In this document: positions 19,273-28,407 of the stretch, in pieces
Layout: the number at the start of each line of letters is the position of its first letter
Numbering within the stretch: the stretch's first letter is position 1
Origin: Bacteroidales bacterium
GTDB taxonomy: Bacteria; Bacteroidota; Bacteroidia; Bacteroidales; UBA12077
Direction of reading: 5' to 3'
Length of the DNA stretch: 64,000 bases
NCBI GenBank assembly: GCA_027859205.1
Contig: JAQIBH010000183.1
Location: 12,627-76,626 of the forward strand
Made by a program: the position numbers and the translations under genes
Notes under the pieces: model-generated
What the model saw: only the letters and a program-made list of their open reading frames with translations
What the model was told of the DNA's origin: nothing
Databases searched by the model: none

Positions 19273-20640
19273 ATGAAAAAAATATTACCCAGTGTATTAA
19301 TTATCGAAGACAATAAAGACATTATTGTGGCTCTCCAATTACTGCTTAGAAACAACTGCAATTCTATCGATTCAATAATTGAACCTGGACAGATTTATTC
19401 AAAAATCAGTACAAATAAATACGATGTAATTATTTTGGATATGAATTTTGTAGCTGGTCTTAATACGGGTAATGAAGGTTTTTTTTGGTTACAGGAAATT
19501 TTAAAAATTGATCCAAATATTTCGATAATATTTTTAACTGCATATGCAGAACTTGAAAAAGCCGTACAAGCTATTCAGGTTGGTGCAGTAGATTACATAG
19601 AAAAACCTTGGGACGATAATAAATTTATTACATCGGTAACACGTGCTGCCGAGATTTCAAGATCCAAACGTGAAATTAAATCATTGAAACAAATCAATAA
19701 AAATTTACGTTCAGAAATACATCAAGATTTAAATTACTACCAGAGTTCTTCGCCTGAAATGATCGAGTTAATGTCGATGGTAAAAAAAGTTGCAAATACT
19801 GATGCTAACATACTTATATTAGGAGAAAATGGCATAGGAAAAGAGGTGCTTGCAAAACAAATTCATTCTTTATCAAAGCGGAAAGAAAGTCTGTTTGTTT
19901 CAGTTGATTTAGGAACTATTCCTGATAGTTTATTTGAATCGGAGTTGTTTGGTTATGAAAAAGGTGCATTTACTGATGCTAAAGAATCGAAACCGGGAAA
20001 ACTGGAGCCGGCTTCTGGGGGGACTCTATTTCTAGACGAGATTGGAAACTTAAATCTTGAATCTCAAAAAAAACTTTTAACTTTAATTCAAAATAAAAAA
20101 ATCATCCCCGTTGGTTCTTCGAAACAAATTGAAATTGATGTTAGATTAATTACTGCCACAAATTTGGATTTGTATAAAGCTTGTGAGGACAAGTTGTTTC
20201 GTGAAGATTTACTTTATCGCATAAATACCGTTACTATTGAAATACCCGCATTAAGAAAAAGACAAGAAGACATAGATGGATTATCAAATCACTTCTTAAA
20301 AATTATGAGCGATAAGTATCAAAAACCAATTAGTGGAATATCAGAAAAAGGTATGAAATACCTAAAATTATATACATGGCCGGGAAACATTCGAGAATTA
20401 GGACATGCCATTGAAAAAGCTGTAATTTTAAGTGAGTCTAAAATATTAGATGAGTCTGATTTTACATTTAGAAAAAAAAATTCCCAAAATTCATTTGAAA
20501 CCTTAGATCTTGAGAATAATGAAGTTCAAATAATACAAGCGGCACTTAATAAACACAATAATAATTATACCGAAGCAGCTCAAGAATTAGGCATTACTCG
20601 TCGTACATTGTACAACAAAATTAAAAAACATGGTTTTTAA
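19273..20640 (+). CDS. Sigma-54-dependent response regulator (NtrC family: receiver, AAA+ and Fis-type HTH domains)
   Basis: Start re-called at MKKILPSVLIIEDNKD. Contains a receiver domain (IILDMNF), Walker A (GENGIGKE), Walker B (LFLDEIG), L1 loop (GAFTDA), ESELFGYEKG, and a C-terminal HTH (YTEAAQELGITRRTLYNKIKKHG). Confidence 0.9.
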   Translation: MKKILPSVLIIEDNKDIIVALQLLLRNNCNSIDSIIEPGQIYSKISTNKYDVIILDMNFVAGLNTGNEGFFWLQEILKIDPNISIIFLTAYAELEKAVQAIQVGAVDYIEKPWDDNKFITSVTRAAEISRSKREIKSLKQINKNLRSEIHQDLNYYQSSSPEMIELMSMVKKVANTDANILILGENGIGKEVLAKQIHSLSKRKESLFVSVDLGTIPDSLFESELFGYEKGAFTDAKESKPGKLEPASGGTLFLDEIGNLNLESQKKLLTLIQNKKIIPVGSSKQIEIDVRLITATNLDLYKACEDKLFREDLLYRINTVTIEIPALRKRQEDIDGLSNHFLKIMSDKYQKPISGISEKGMKYLKLYTWPGNIRELGHAIEKAVILSESKILDESDFTFRKKNSQNSFETLDLENNEVQIIQAALNKHNNNYTEAAQELGITRRTLYNKIKKHGF

Positions 20641-21988
20641 TCGGTTTAATATAATCGTAATACTAATCTGTATTTTAATTGCAATTACAGGAATTGCGTT
20701 GGTTGAAGTCTGGACAAATGCTGATTATCGGATTGGTAAATTGACCCTTAGTATTGTATGGATTGCATTGATTGTTTTGCTTATTAATTATGTAAATAAA
20801 ACTAATCGAAGTTTAAAACAATTTCTTGATAGTTTACGATATAGTGATTATGTAAATTCCGATGCAGCATCAGGAAAATCATTTAAAGAATTAAATTTTA
20901 GTTTTAATGAGATAATTCGTTATGTTCGATTGGCCGAGCTTAAAAAAGAAAGCACACACCATTACTTGCGGCATTTATTAGATCAAATGCCAACAGGAAT
21001 AATTGCTACGGATAAACTAGGGAAAATTGAAATTATAAATCGCGCCGGATTACAAATATTAGAATTTGATTCCTTGTCAAACCTATCTCAACTTGACGAT
21101 TTACAAAAGGACCTTAGCTCTGAAATAAAAAACTTAAGTGCTTCAAAGAAAAAAGTAATAAGTATTCAAACTAAAAGTGGACTAAAAAGTATATTATTTA
21201 GGCATAAGGAAATTCTAATAAGCAATAAAAAAATTCAGGTAATATCATTTGAAAACATTCGCGCCGAGCTTGAATTTGAAGAAGAACTAGCATGGCAAAA
21301 AATATTTAGGGTACTAACACATGAAATAATGAATTCAATTGCTCCAATTCGATCACTAACGGCTTCAGTGTTAAAAATCTTTTTGCACAATGAAAAAGCT
21401 AAAAGTATAAAACAATTGAATGACGAAGAGATCAGTTTTGCAGTAACCGGATTAAAAAGTATCAATAATAGAAATAATGGATTAACGAATTTTGTCTCTG
21501 ATTTCAAAAAACTAATGCGTGTTCCTGAACCAAAAAAAGAACAGGTTGAAATCAATCAGTTTTTTGATGACATTTTACCTTTACTACACGAACTATGTAT
21601 CCCTAAAAATATTCTATTAAACTACAACAGATTACTAAAAACACGATACTTTTTAATAGATAAAGAACAAATAACACAAGTGGTAATTAATATAGTTAAA
21701 AATGCCGTTGAAGCAATTTTAAAAGGAAAAGGTATTATTAATATCAATCCAAATATAAACTCCGAACAACTTTACATTGCAATTTCTGATAATGGCGAAG
21801 GAATTTCAAAAGATGTTTTATCTGAAATTTTTATTCCATTCTTAACAACCAAAAATGAAGGTTCCGGCATTGGTTTAAGTCTTTCCCGACAAATAATAAG
21901 GAACCACAATGGCAATGTAGGAATTACTTCAGAAAAAAATAAAGGAACAAAATGTGAATTAAGTTTTCCTTTGTTAGAAAATTCATAA
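20630..21988 (+). CDS. Sensor histidine kinase (2 TM helices, PAS-like, HisKA, HATPase_c), partner of the sigma-54 regulator
   Basis: The ATG overlaps the regulator stop by 11 nt. Contains an H-box (FRVLTHEIMNSIAPI), an N-box (IVKNAVEA) and G-boxes (DNGEGI, GSGIGLSL). Confidence 0.85.
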   Translation: MVFNRFNIIVILICILIAITGIALVEVWTNADYRIGKLTLSIVWIALIVLLINYVNKTNRSLKQFLDSLRYSDYVNSDAASGKSFKELNFSFNEIIRYVRLAELKKESTHHYLRHLLDQMPTGIIATDKLGKIEIINRAGLQILEFDSLSNLSQLDDLQKDLSSEIKNLSASKKKVISIQTKSGLKSILFRHKEILISNKKIQVISFENIRAELEFEEELAWQKIFRVLTHEIMNSIAPIRSLTASVLKIFLHNEKAKSIKQLNDEEISFAVTGLKSINNRNNGLTNFVSDFKKLMRVPEPKKEQVEINQFFDDILPLLHELCIPKNILLNYNRLLKTRYFLIDKEQITQVVINIVKNAVEAILKGKGIININPNINSEQLYIAISDNGEGISKDVLSEIFIPFLTTKNEGSGIGLSLSRQIIRNHNGNVGITSEKNKGTKCELSFPLLENS

Positions 21989-22087
21989 AACATAATTTAT
22001 TGGCTCTAAAATCTTAGGATAAAAATTCTTTGCTAATACTTTAAATCTTCATAAATTCGCAAAATATTTAAACTAAAATTTATAATT

Positions 22088-22693
22088 ATGTTTTCAGGTA
22101 TAGTTGAAGAAGCTGCAAAAGTTGTAAAACTTGAAAAAGACAAGAGCAATTTACATATTACTATGCATTGTTCTTTTGCAGATGAATTAAAAATTGATCA
22201 GAGTATTTCTCATAACGGAGTATGTCTAACCGTTGTTAAAATCGATAAAGAAAATAAAACTTTTACCGTAACTGCAATTCAGGAAACTTTAGACAAATCA
22301 AACCTCGGATTATTAGAAGTTGATGCTAAAGTAAACCTTGAGCGTAGCATGAAGATTGACAGCCTATTAGACGGACATATGGTACAAGGGCATGTTGATC
22401 AAACAGCAGTTTGCACCAATGTTCGTGAAGCTGACGGAAGTTGGTATTATACATTCGAATATGATCCAACGCTAGAAGATTATATTACCGTTGAAAAAGG
22501 ATCTGTATCAGTTAACGGCGTTAGTTTAACTGTTGTAAACTCGAAAGATAAATCTTTCGAAGTGGCAATTATTCCTTTCACTTACGATTTAACAAATTTC
22601 CACGAGTTTAAACCCGGAACAGTTGTTAACATAGAATTTGATATTATTGGAAAATATGTTGCACGAATTGTGAGACAGCAACTAAACAAATAA
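22088..22693 (+). CDS. ribE: Riboflavin synthase
   Basis: MFSGIVEE start, duplicated lumazine-binding repeats (SISHNGVCLTV / SVSVNGVSLTV) and a length of 201 aa. Confidence 0.92.
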   Translation: MFSGIVEEAAKVVKLEKDKSNLHITMHCSFADELKIDQSISHNGVCLTVVKIDKENKTFTVTAIQETLDKSNLGLLEVDAKVNLERSMKIDSLLDGHMVQGHVDQTAVCTNVREADGSWYYTFEYDPTLEDYITVEKGSVSVNGVSLTVVNSKDKSFEVAIIPFTYDLTNFHEFKPGTVVNIEFDIIGKYVARIVRQQLNK

Positions 22694-22708
22694 ACATGTA
22701 GTCCTGAG

Positions 22709-22730
22709 AAGGTTTCTAAAAACCTTTTTT
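22709..22730 (+). terminator. Rho-independent terminator of ribE
   Basis: AAGGTTT-CTAA-AAACCTT stem-loop (7 bp) followed by TTTT, 16 nt after the stop codon. Confidence 0.7.
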
Positions 22731-22740
22731 ACCACATATT

Positions 22741-22798
22741 TCGACAAGCTCAATATGACAAGATATTTTTCCCGATTCTGTCATGCTGAGCTTGTCGA
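22741..22798. repeat. REP-like imperfect inverted repeat (20-bp arms, 18-nt spacer)
   Basis: TCGACAAGCTCAATATGACA (22741-22760) pairs with TGTCATGCTGAGCTTGTCGA (22779-22798). 18 of 20 positions are complementary, and one of the two mismatches would be a G-U pair in RNA. Confidence 0.6.
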
Positions 22799-22840
22799 AG
22801 CATTATTCCCTTTTTGATTGCATTTTATTTCACATAAATC

Positions 22841-22848
22841 TATCTTTG
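22841..22848 (+). promoter_or_regulatory. Candidate -7 promoter box (TATCTTTG) for ileS
   Basis: Matches TAnnTTTG 42 nt upstream of the ATG at 22891, with a TTG about 21-23 nt further upstream (a -33-like position). Confidence 0.4.
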
Positions 22849-22890
22849 TACGTTTTAAAATATTGAAGTTCATAAAAATATATATTATCG

Positions 22891-25800
22891 ATGAGTAAAA
22901 AATTTCCTACATATCCGTTGTTAGATTTATCGCAAATAAATAAAGATATACTTGCACGTTGGGACGCGAATGATACATTTCACAAAAGTATAAGTACACG
23001 TAAAGGTAAACCAACCTTTGTTTTTTACGAAGGTCCACCATCGGCCAATGGTATGCCTGGAATCCACCATGTTATGGCTCGCGCAATTAAAGATATTTTT
23101 TGCAGATATAAAACTATGAAAGGGTTCTTAGTAAAGCGTAAAGCTGGATGGGATACTCACGGATTACCTGTTGAATTAAGTGTTGAAAAAGCTCTTGGTA
23201 TAACAAAAGAAGATATAGGCAAAAAAATTACTGTTGATAAATACAACGAAACTTGTAAGAAAGAGGTAATGAAATATACCGATGTGTGGGAAGATTTAAC
23301 ACACAAAATGGGATATTGGGTAAATATGGACGACCCGTACATTACTTTCGATAATAGATATATTGAAACATTATGGTGGCTGTTAAAACAGCTTTTCGAT
23401 AAGGATTTACTATATAAAGGTTATTCGATACAACCGTATTCTCCTGCCGCCGGAACAGGTCTAAGTACACACGAACTTAACCAACCTGGTTGCTACAAAG
23501 ATGTTAAAGATACTACCTGTGTTGCTCAGTTTAAGGTAATAAGAAGCGAGAAATCAGAGTTTTTATTTAAAGATACCGATACTAATGTTTCTTTTTTAGC
23601 ATGGACAACAACACCTTGGACATTACCATCGAATACGGCCTTAGCTGTTGGTGAAAAAATCAACTATGTTAAAGTAAGAACATTTAATCAGTATACAGGA
23701 GAACCAATTACTGTTGTTCTTGCTGAAAGTTTATTTGGAGTTCATTTCGATAAAAAATCTAAAGATTTAAACCTTGAAGATTATAAAGCTGGAGATAAAA
23801 AAGTTCCTTACAAGCTTATAGACAAATTTACCGGGAAAGATATTGAAGGTATTAATTACGAACAATTAATAAACTGGGTTAAACCCGAAGGAGATGCTTT
23901 CCGCGTAATAACAGGCGATTTTGTAACTACCGAAGATGGTACTGGTATTGTTCATATTGCTCCCACTTTTGGCGCTGATGACGATCGTGTAGCTAAACAA
24001 AATAAAATTTCTCCATTGATTGTTTATGACAAGGAAGATAAAATAAATCCTTTAGTTGACAAGCAGGGAAGAATGTTCCCAATAGAAAATCTAGATCCTA
24101 AGTTTGTTTCTAAATATGTTAACGAAAAATCATACAAAGAATTTGCTGGGCGATTTGTTAAAAACGAATATGATGAAACATTAACTAAAGATGATGCAAC
24201 TTTAGATGTTGATATATCAGTAATGCTTAAAAAGGAAAACAAAGCATTTAAGATTGAAAAACATATTCACAATTATCCGCATTGCTGGAGAACAGATAAG
24301 CCTATCCTCTATTATCCTTTAGATTCATGGTTTATTAAAACAACGGCATCGAAAGATCGAATGATTGAGTTAAACAAAACCATTAACTGGAAACCGGAAT
24401 CAACAGGGACAGGTCGTTTTGGCAAATGGTTAGAAAACTTACAAGATTGGAATTTATCTCGTTCACGATACTGGGGAACTCCTTTACCAATATGGGTATC
24501 TGAAGATCGTTCTGAGATGAAATGCATTGGTTCAGTTGAAGAACTATACAATGAAATTGAGAAATCAGTACAAGCTGGGATTATGACTGAAAATCCTTAT
24601 GCTGGTTTCGAAGTTAGAAATAACACAAAAGAAAATTACGAGAAAATAGATCTTCATCGCCCGTATGTAGATCATATTTACTTAGTTTCGGTTAGTGGAA
24701 AGAAAATGACTCGCGAAATTGACCTTATTGATGTTTGGTTTGATTCAGGCGCTATGCCTTACGCACAGCTTCATTATCCTTTCGAAAATAAAGAAGGATT
24801 CGATCAGGTTTATCCTGCCGATTTTATTGCTGAAGGTGTTGACCAAACTCGCGGATGGTTTTTTACTTTACATGCAATATCTACAATGCTCTTTGATTCT
24901 GTTGCTTATAAAAATATCATTTCAAACGGTCTTGTATTAGATAAGAGCGGAGCAAAAATGTCAAAACGATTAGGAAATGCTGTTGATCCATTCGAAACAA
25001 TTGAGAAGAACGGTTCGGATCCTTTACGTTGGTACATGATAACCAATGCACAACCATGGGATAACTTAAAATTTGACTCAAGTGGTATTGATGAGGTTAA
25101 ACGTAAGTTTTTTGGTACTCTTTATAATACTTATTCATTCTTTGCATTATATGCCAATGTTGATGGATTTAAATTTACTGAAGAAGAAATTCCGGTAAAC
25201 GAACGTCCGGAAATAGATCGTTGGGTAATCTCTTTATTAAACTCTCTTGTAAAAGAAGTTGAAAACGATTATGAAAATTATGAGCCAACTCGTGCTGGCA
25301 GAGCAATTCAGGAATTTGTTTCAGAAAACTTGAGTAACTGGTATGTTCGTTTAAATCGTAAACGATATTGGGGTGGTGAATATTCAAAAGATAAAATTGC
25401 AGCTTATCAAACTCTTTACACTTGTTTGGAAACTGTTGCCAGATTAATGGCTCCAATAGCCCCTTTCTTTGGCGATCAGTTATTTACCGATTTAAACTCG
25501 ATTACAGAAAAAGACTTAACAGAATCTGTTCATATTGCTGATTTCCCAAAATGTAATGATCAATATATAGATACTATTTTGGAAGAACAAATGGACATAG
25601 CACAGCGTGTTTCTTCTATGGTTCTTGCTTTACGCCGAAAAGTAAGCATTAAGGTTCGTCAGCCACTAAGCAAATTAATGATTCCAATATTAGACAAATC
25701 ATTGCAAGGAAAATTCGAAGCTATTCGTAATTTGGTGCTTGGAGAAGTTAATGTGAAAAATGTTGAATATATCACAGATACAAAGGGAGTGCTGGTTAAA

Positions 25801-26328
25801 AAAATCAAACCAAACTTTAAAACCCTAGGCCCTAAGCATGGTAAATTGATGAAACAAATTTCGCAAGCTGTGGCACAAATGTCGCAAGAAGATATTGTTA
25901 CTTTTGAAAGCAATGAAACATATGAATTAACCGTTGAAACAGAAAAGATCCACATGGTTTTAGAAGATGTTGTAATAACATCGGAAGATATTCCCGGATG
26001 GTTAGTGGCAAATGACGGGAAATTAACAGTTGCTCTTGACATAAATGTAACAGAAGAATTAAGAGAAGAAGGTATTGCACGTGAATTTATTAATCGTATA
26101 CAGAATATTAGAAAAGATAGTGATTTTGCCATTACGGATAAAATAAAAATCCAAATTCAAAAACACGAACTTATAAACACGGCAATTAAAAAGTATAACG
26201 ATTATATAAGTACTCAAACTCTTGCTAAATCTATTGATTTGGTTGATAAGCTAGAACAAGATTCGATTCATTTCATAGAAATTGAAGAGGAAATAAAAAC
26301 TAACATTAAAATAGATAAGATAAGCTAA
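22891..26328 (+). CDS. ileS: Isoleucine--tRNA ligase
   Basis: Class I signature motifs PSANGMPGIHHV (HIGH) and KMSKRLGN (KMSKS); 1145 aa, a long type-2 IleRS form. Confidence 0.97.
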   Translation: MSKKFPTYPLLDLSQINKDILARWDANDTFHKSISTRKGKPTFVFYEGPPSANGMPGIHHVMARAIKDIFCRYKTMKGFLVKRKAGWDTHGLPVELSVEKALGITKEDIGKKITVDKYNETCKKEVMKYTDVWEDLTHKMGYWVNMDDPYITFDNRYIETLWWLLKQLFDKDLLYKGYSIQPYSPAAGTGLSTHELNQPGCYKDVKDTTCVAQFKVIRSEKSEFLFKDTDTNVSFLAWTTTPWTLPSNTALAVGEKINYVKVRTFNQYTGEPITVVLAESLFGVHFDKKSKDLNLEDYKAGDKKVPYKLIDKFTGKDIEGINYEQLINWVKPEGDAFRVITGDFVTTEDGTGIVHIAPTFGADDDRVAKQNKISPLIVYDKEDKINPLVDKQGRMFPIENLDPKFVSKYVNEKSYKEFAGRFVKNEYDETLTKDDATLDVDISVMLKKENKAFKIEKHIHNYPHCWRTDKPILYYPLDSWFIKTTASKDRMIELNKTINWKPESTGTGRFGKWLENLQDWNLSRSRYWGTPLPIWVSEDRSEMKCIGSVEELYNEIEKSVQAGIMTENPYAGFEVRNNTKENYEKIDLHRPYVDHIYLVSVSGKKMTREIDLIDVWFDSGAMPYAQLHYPFENKEGFDQVYPADFIAEGVDQTRGWFFTLHAISTMLFDSVAYKNIISNGLVLDKSGAKMSKRLGNAVDPFETIEKNGSDPLRWYMITNAQPWDNLKFDSSGIDEVKRKFFGTLYNTYSFFALYANVDGFKFTEEEIPVNERPEIDRWVISLLNSLVKEVENDYENYEPTRAGRAIQEFVSENLSNWYVRLNRKRYWGGEYSKDKIAAYQTLYTCLETVARLMAPIAPFFGDQLFTDLNSITEKDLTESVHIADFPKCNDQYIDTILEEQMDIAQRVSSMVLALRRKVSIKVRQPLSKLMIPILDKSLQGKFEAIRNLVLGEVNVKNVEYITDTKGVLVKKIKPNFKTLGPKHGKLMKQISQAVAQMSQEDIVTFESNETYELTVETEKIHMVLEDVVITSEDIPGWLVANDGKLTVALDINVTEELREEGIAREFINRIQNIRKDSDFAITDKIKIQIQKHELINTAIKKYNDYISTQTLAKSIDLVDKLEQDSIHFIEIEEEIKTNIKIDKIS

Positions 26329-26387
26329 TAATAAATTTTTTTATTCAAAAAAGTTATTATCTTTAGATCACATAAAATTTATGAATT

Positions 26388-26765
26388 ATGGCTGAAAAGA
26401 CAAGATATACGGACGATGATTTAGCGGAATTCAAAGAACTCCTCAATCTAAAACTAGAAAAGGCAAAAATTGACTTTGATATTTTAAAGAAAACCATTAC
26501 TCATAGCGAAAGCAATGACACAGAAGACACTTCGCCTACTTTTAAAGTTTTAGAAGAAGGTGCAGCAACTTTATCTAAGGAAGAAGCTGGAAGATTGGCT
26601 CAACGTCAGCAAAAATTTATTCAGCATTTACAAGCTGCTCTTATTAGAATTGAGAATAAAACATATGGTATTTGTAGAGAGACAGGCAAATTAATCTCTA
26701 AAGAAAGACTTCGTGCCGTACCACACGCTACTTTAAGTATTGAAGCTAAAAATAATCAACGTTAA
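26388..26765 (+). CDS. DksA/TraR-family protein (zinc-finger cysteines mostly absent)
   Basis: Coiled-coil N-terminal region and a C-terminal segment YGICRETGKLISKERLRAVPHATLSIEAK that aligns with the DksA C4 finger, but only one Cys is retained. Confidence 0.75.
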   Translation: MAEKTRYTDDDLAEFKELLNLKLEKAKIDFDILKKTITHSESNDTEDTSPTFKVLEEGAATLSKEEAGRLAQRQQKFIQHLQAALIRIENKTYGICRETGKLISKERLRAVPHATLSIEAKNNQR

Positions 26766-26789
26766 AAAGCATTTAACATATTTTATGAA

Positions 26790-26824
26790 ATGATTGGATC
26801 AAAACGATTCAATCATTTTTTTTT
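26790..26824 (+). terminator. Rho-independent terminator after the dksA-like gene
   Basis: ATGATTGGATC-AAAAC-GATTCAATCAT forms an 11-bp stem (one G-U pair) followed by a T8 run. Confidence 0.7.
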
Positions 26825-26870
26825 ATTGGACTCTTTTTAATAGTTTTATGCCCAAATTAAAACTCACAGA

Positions 26871-27482
26871 ATGAAATCAAACACTACCAAATCTATATTA
26901 ATAATTATACTAGTATTATTTATCGATCAGGCTTTTAAAATATGGATTAAAACCCATATGATCCTTGGTCAAGAGTACGAAATACTTGGAAATTGGTTTA
27001 TAATTCATTTTACCGAAAATAATGGAATGGCTTTTGGAATGGAGTTTTGGGGCAAAAATGGTAAAATTTTCTTAACATTATTTCGTATTGTTGCTGTTGT
27101 TGGAATTGGCTGGTATCTTAAAACACTTATTAAACAGCATGCCCCAAAAATGGTAATTCTCAGTATTTCACTAATTATGGCTGGTGCTTTAGGAAATATC
27201 CTTGATAGTATTTTTTATGGTGTTATTTTCAATGAAAGCTTTTATCAAATTGCCGAATTTATGTCTCCTGATGGTGGATATGCTCCACTTCTTCAAGGAC
27301 GGGTTGTTGACATGCTTTATTTTCCATTATTTGAGGGTCACTATCCAAGCTGGTTCCCTTTTTGGTCTGATCAGCAATTTATTTTTTTCAGACCGGTTTT
27401 TAATATTGCCGACTCTGCAATTACAACCGGTGTTTTATATATCTTAATATTTGAAAAGTCTTTTTTTAAGCATTTAGACTAA
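26871..27482 (+). CDS. lspA: Lipoprotein signal peptidase (signal peptidase II)
   Basis: Four TM helices and the conserved NNGMAFG and FNIADSAIT motifs, which contain the catalytic Asp positions. Confidence 0.9.
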   Translation: MKSNTTKSILIIILVLFIDQAFKIWIKTHMILGQEYEILGNWFIIHFTENNGMAFGMEFWGKNGKIFLTLFRIVAVVGIGWYLKTLIKQHAPKMVILSISLIMAGALGNILDSIFYGVIFNESFYQIAEFMSPDGGYAPLLQGRVVDMLYFPLFEGHYPSWFPFWSDQQFIFFRPVFNIADSAITTGVLYILIFEKSFFKHLD

Positions 27483-27563
27483 ATTTTTGTATCGCTGAAC
27501 AATAAAAGTTTCCGATATTCGTAAAAATATTGTTACTTTATTAGAAATTTAAACTCAGCAATC

Positions 27564-28394
27564 ATGTATCATATAATTGTTCCGATAGACTTCTCAGAAG
27601 AATCCTTAAAGGGTCTTGAGCTTGCTATTTTACTTTCAAGCAAGAAAGAATGTACAATACAAATGGTGTATGTACAGAAAAAGAGTCTTGATTATAATCC
27701 TGGATCGAAAGAAGAAGAATATAAATATGCAGAAAAAGAACTTAAAAAAATAAAAGAAAAATATATTTCTAAATTACCTGAAAAAGTTGAGTTAAAGTAT
27801 ATAATAAAATCTGGCAGAATTTATCGTGAAATTGTTGGTCAAGCTGAATCATTTAAAGATTCTTGTGTTGTAGCCTCAACACATGGGGCTTCTGGGTTTG
27901 AAAAGTTTTTTATTGGAAGCAATGCGTTTAAAATTATATCGGCAACAAGAAAACCTGTATTTACAATCCGAGGAAATACTATCCCTAAAAAAATAGATCA
28001 AATTATATTCCCTCTGGATATTTCTGCTGACACACGCCAAAAATTACCCTTTACGGCTGAATTAGCCAAGTGGTTTGGCGCTACAGTTCACGTAATAACA
28101 GCAACATCGCTGCAAACGGAAGATGTTAGCAAAAAACTTTCTTCATATTCTAATCAAGTATGTGAATATCTTGACAAGCGCGAAATAAAATACAAAACAG
28201 AAGCATTAATTGGATCTAATTTTACCGATTTAGTAATTGATTATGCAAAAACAGTTAAAGCTGATCTTATATCTATAATGACAGAACAAGCATCAGATGG
28301 CAATTTTATTATGGGAACATCAGCACAACAAATGCTCAATAAATCTTCATTACCTGTTTTATGTATTAATCCTAAAGAATTACATATTCTTTAA
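27564..28394 (+). CDS. Universal stress protein (tandem Usp domains)
   Basis: Two Usp-like halves (IIVPIDFSEES... and IIFPLDISADT...), with STHGASGFEKFFIGSNAFKI as a G-2x-G-9x-G(S/T)-type ATP-binding motif. Confidence 0.85.
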   Translation: MYHIIVPIDFSEESLKGLELAILLSSKKECTIQMVYVQKKSLDYNPGSKEEEYKYAEKELKKIKEKYISKLPEKVELKYIIKSGRIYREIVGQAESFKDSCVVASTHGASGFEKFFIGSNAFKIISATRKPVFTIRGNTIPKKIDQIIFPLDISADTRQKLPFTAELAKWFGATVHVITATSLQTEDVSKKLSSYSNQVCEYLDKREIKYKTEALIGSNFTDLVIDYAKTVKADLISIMTEQASDGNFIMGTSAQQMLNKSSLPVLCINPKELHIL

Positions 28395-28407
28395 GTAATC
28401 TGAAAAA

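Noticed and set aside
21989-22087. Possible FMN riboswitch upstream of ribE.
   Set aside because: The spacer is only 99 nt, AT-rich, and lacks the conserved FMN-element core sequences and helices.
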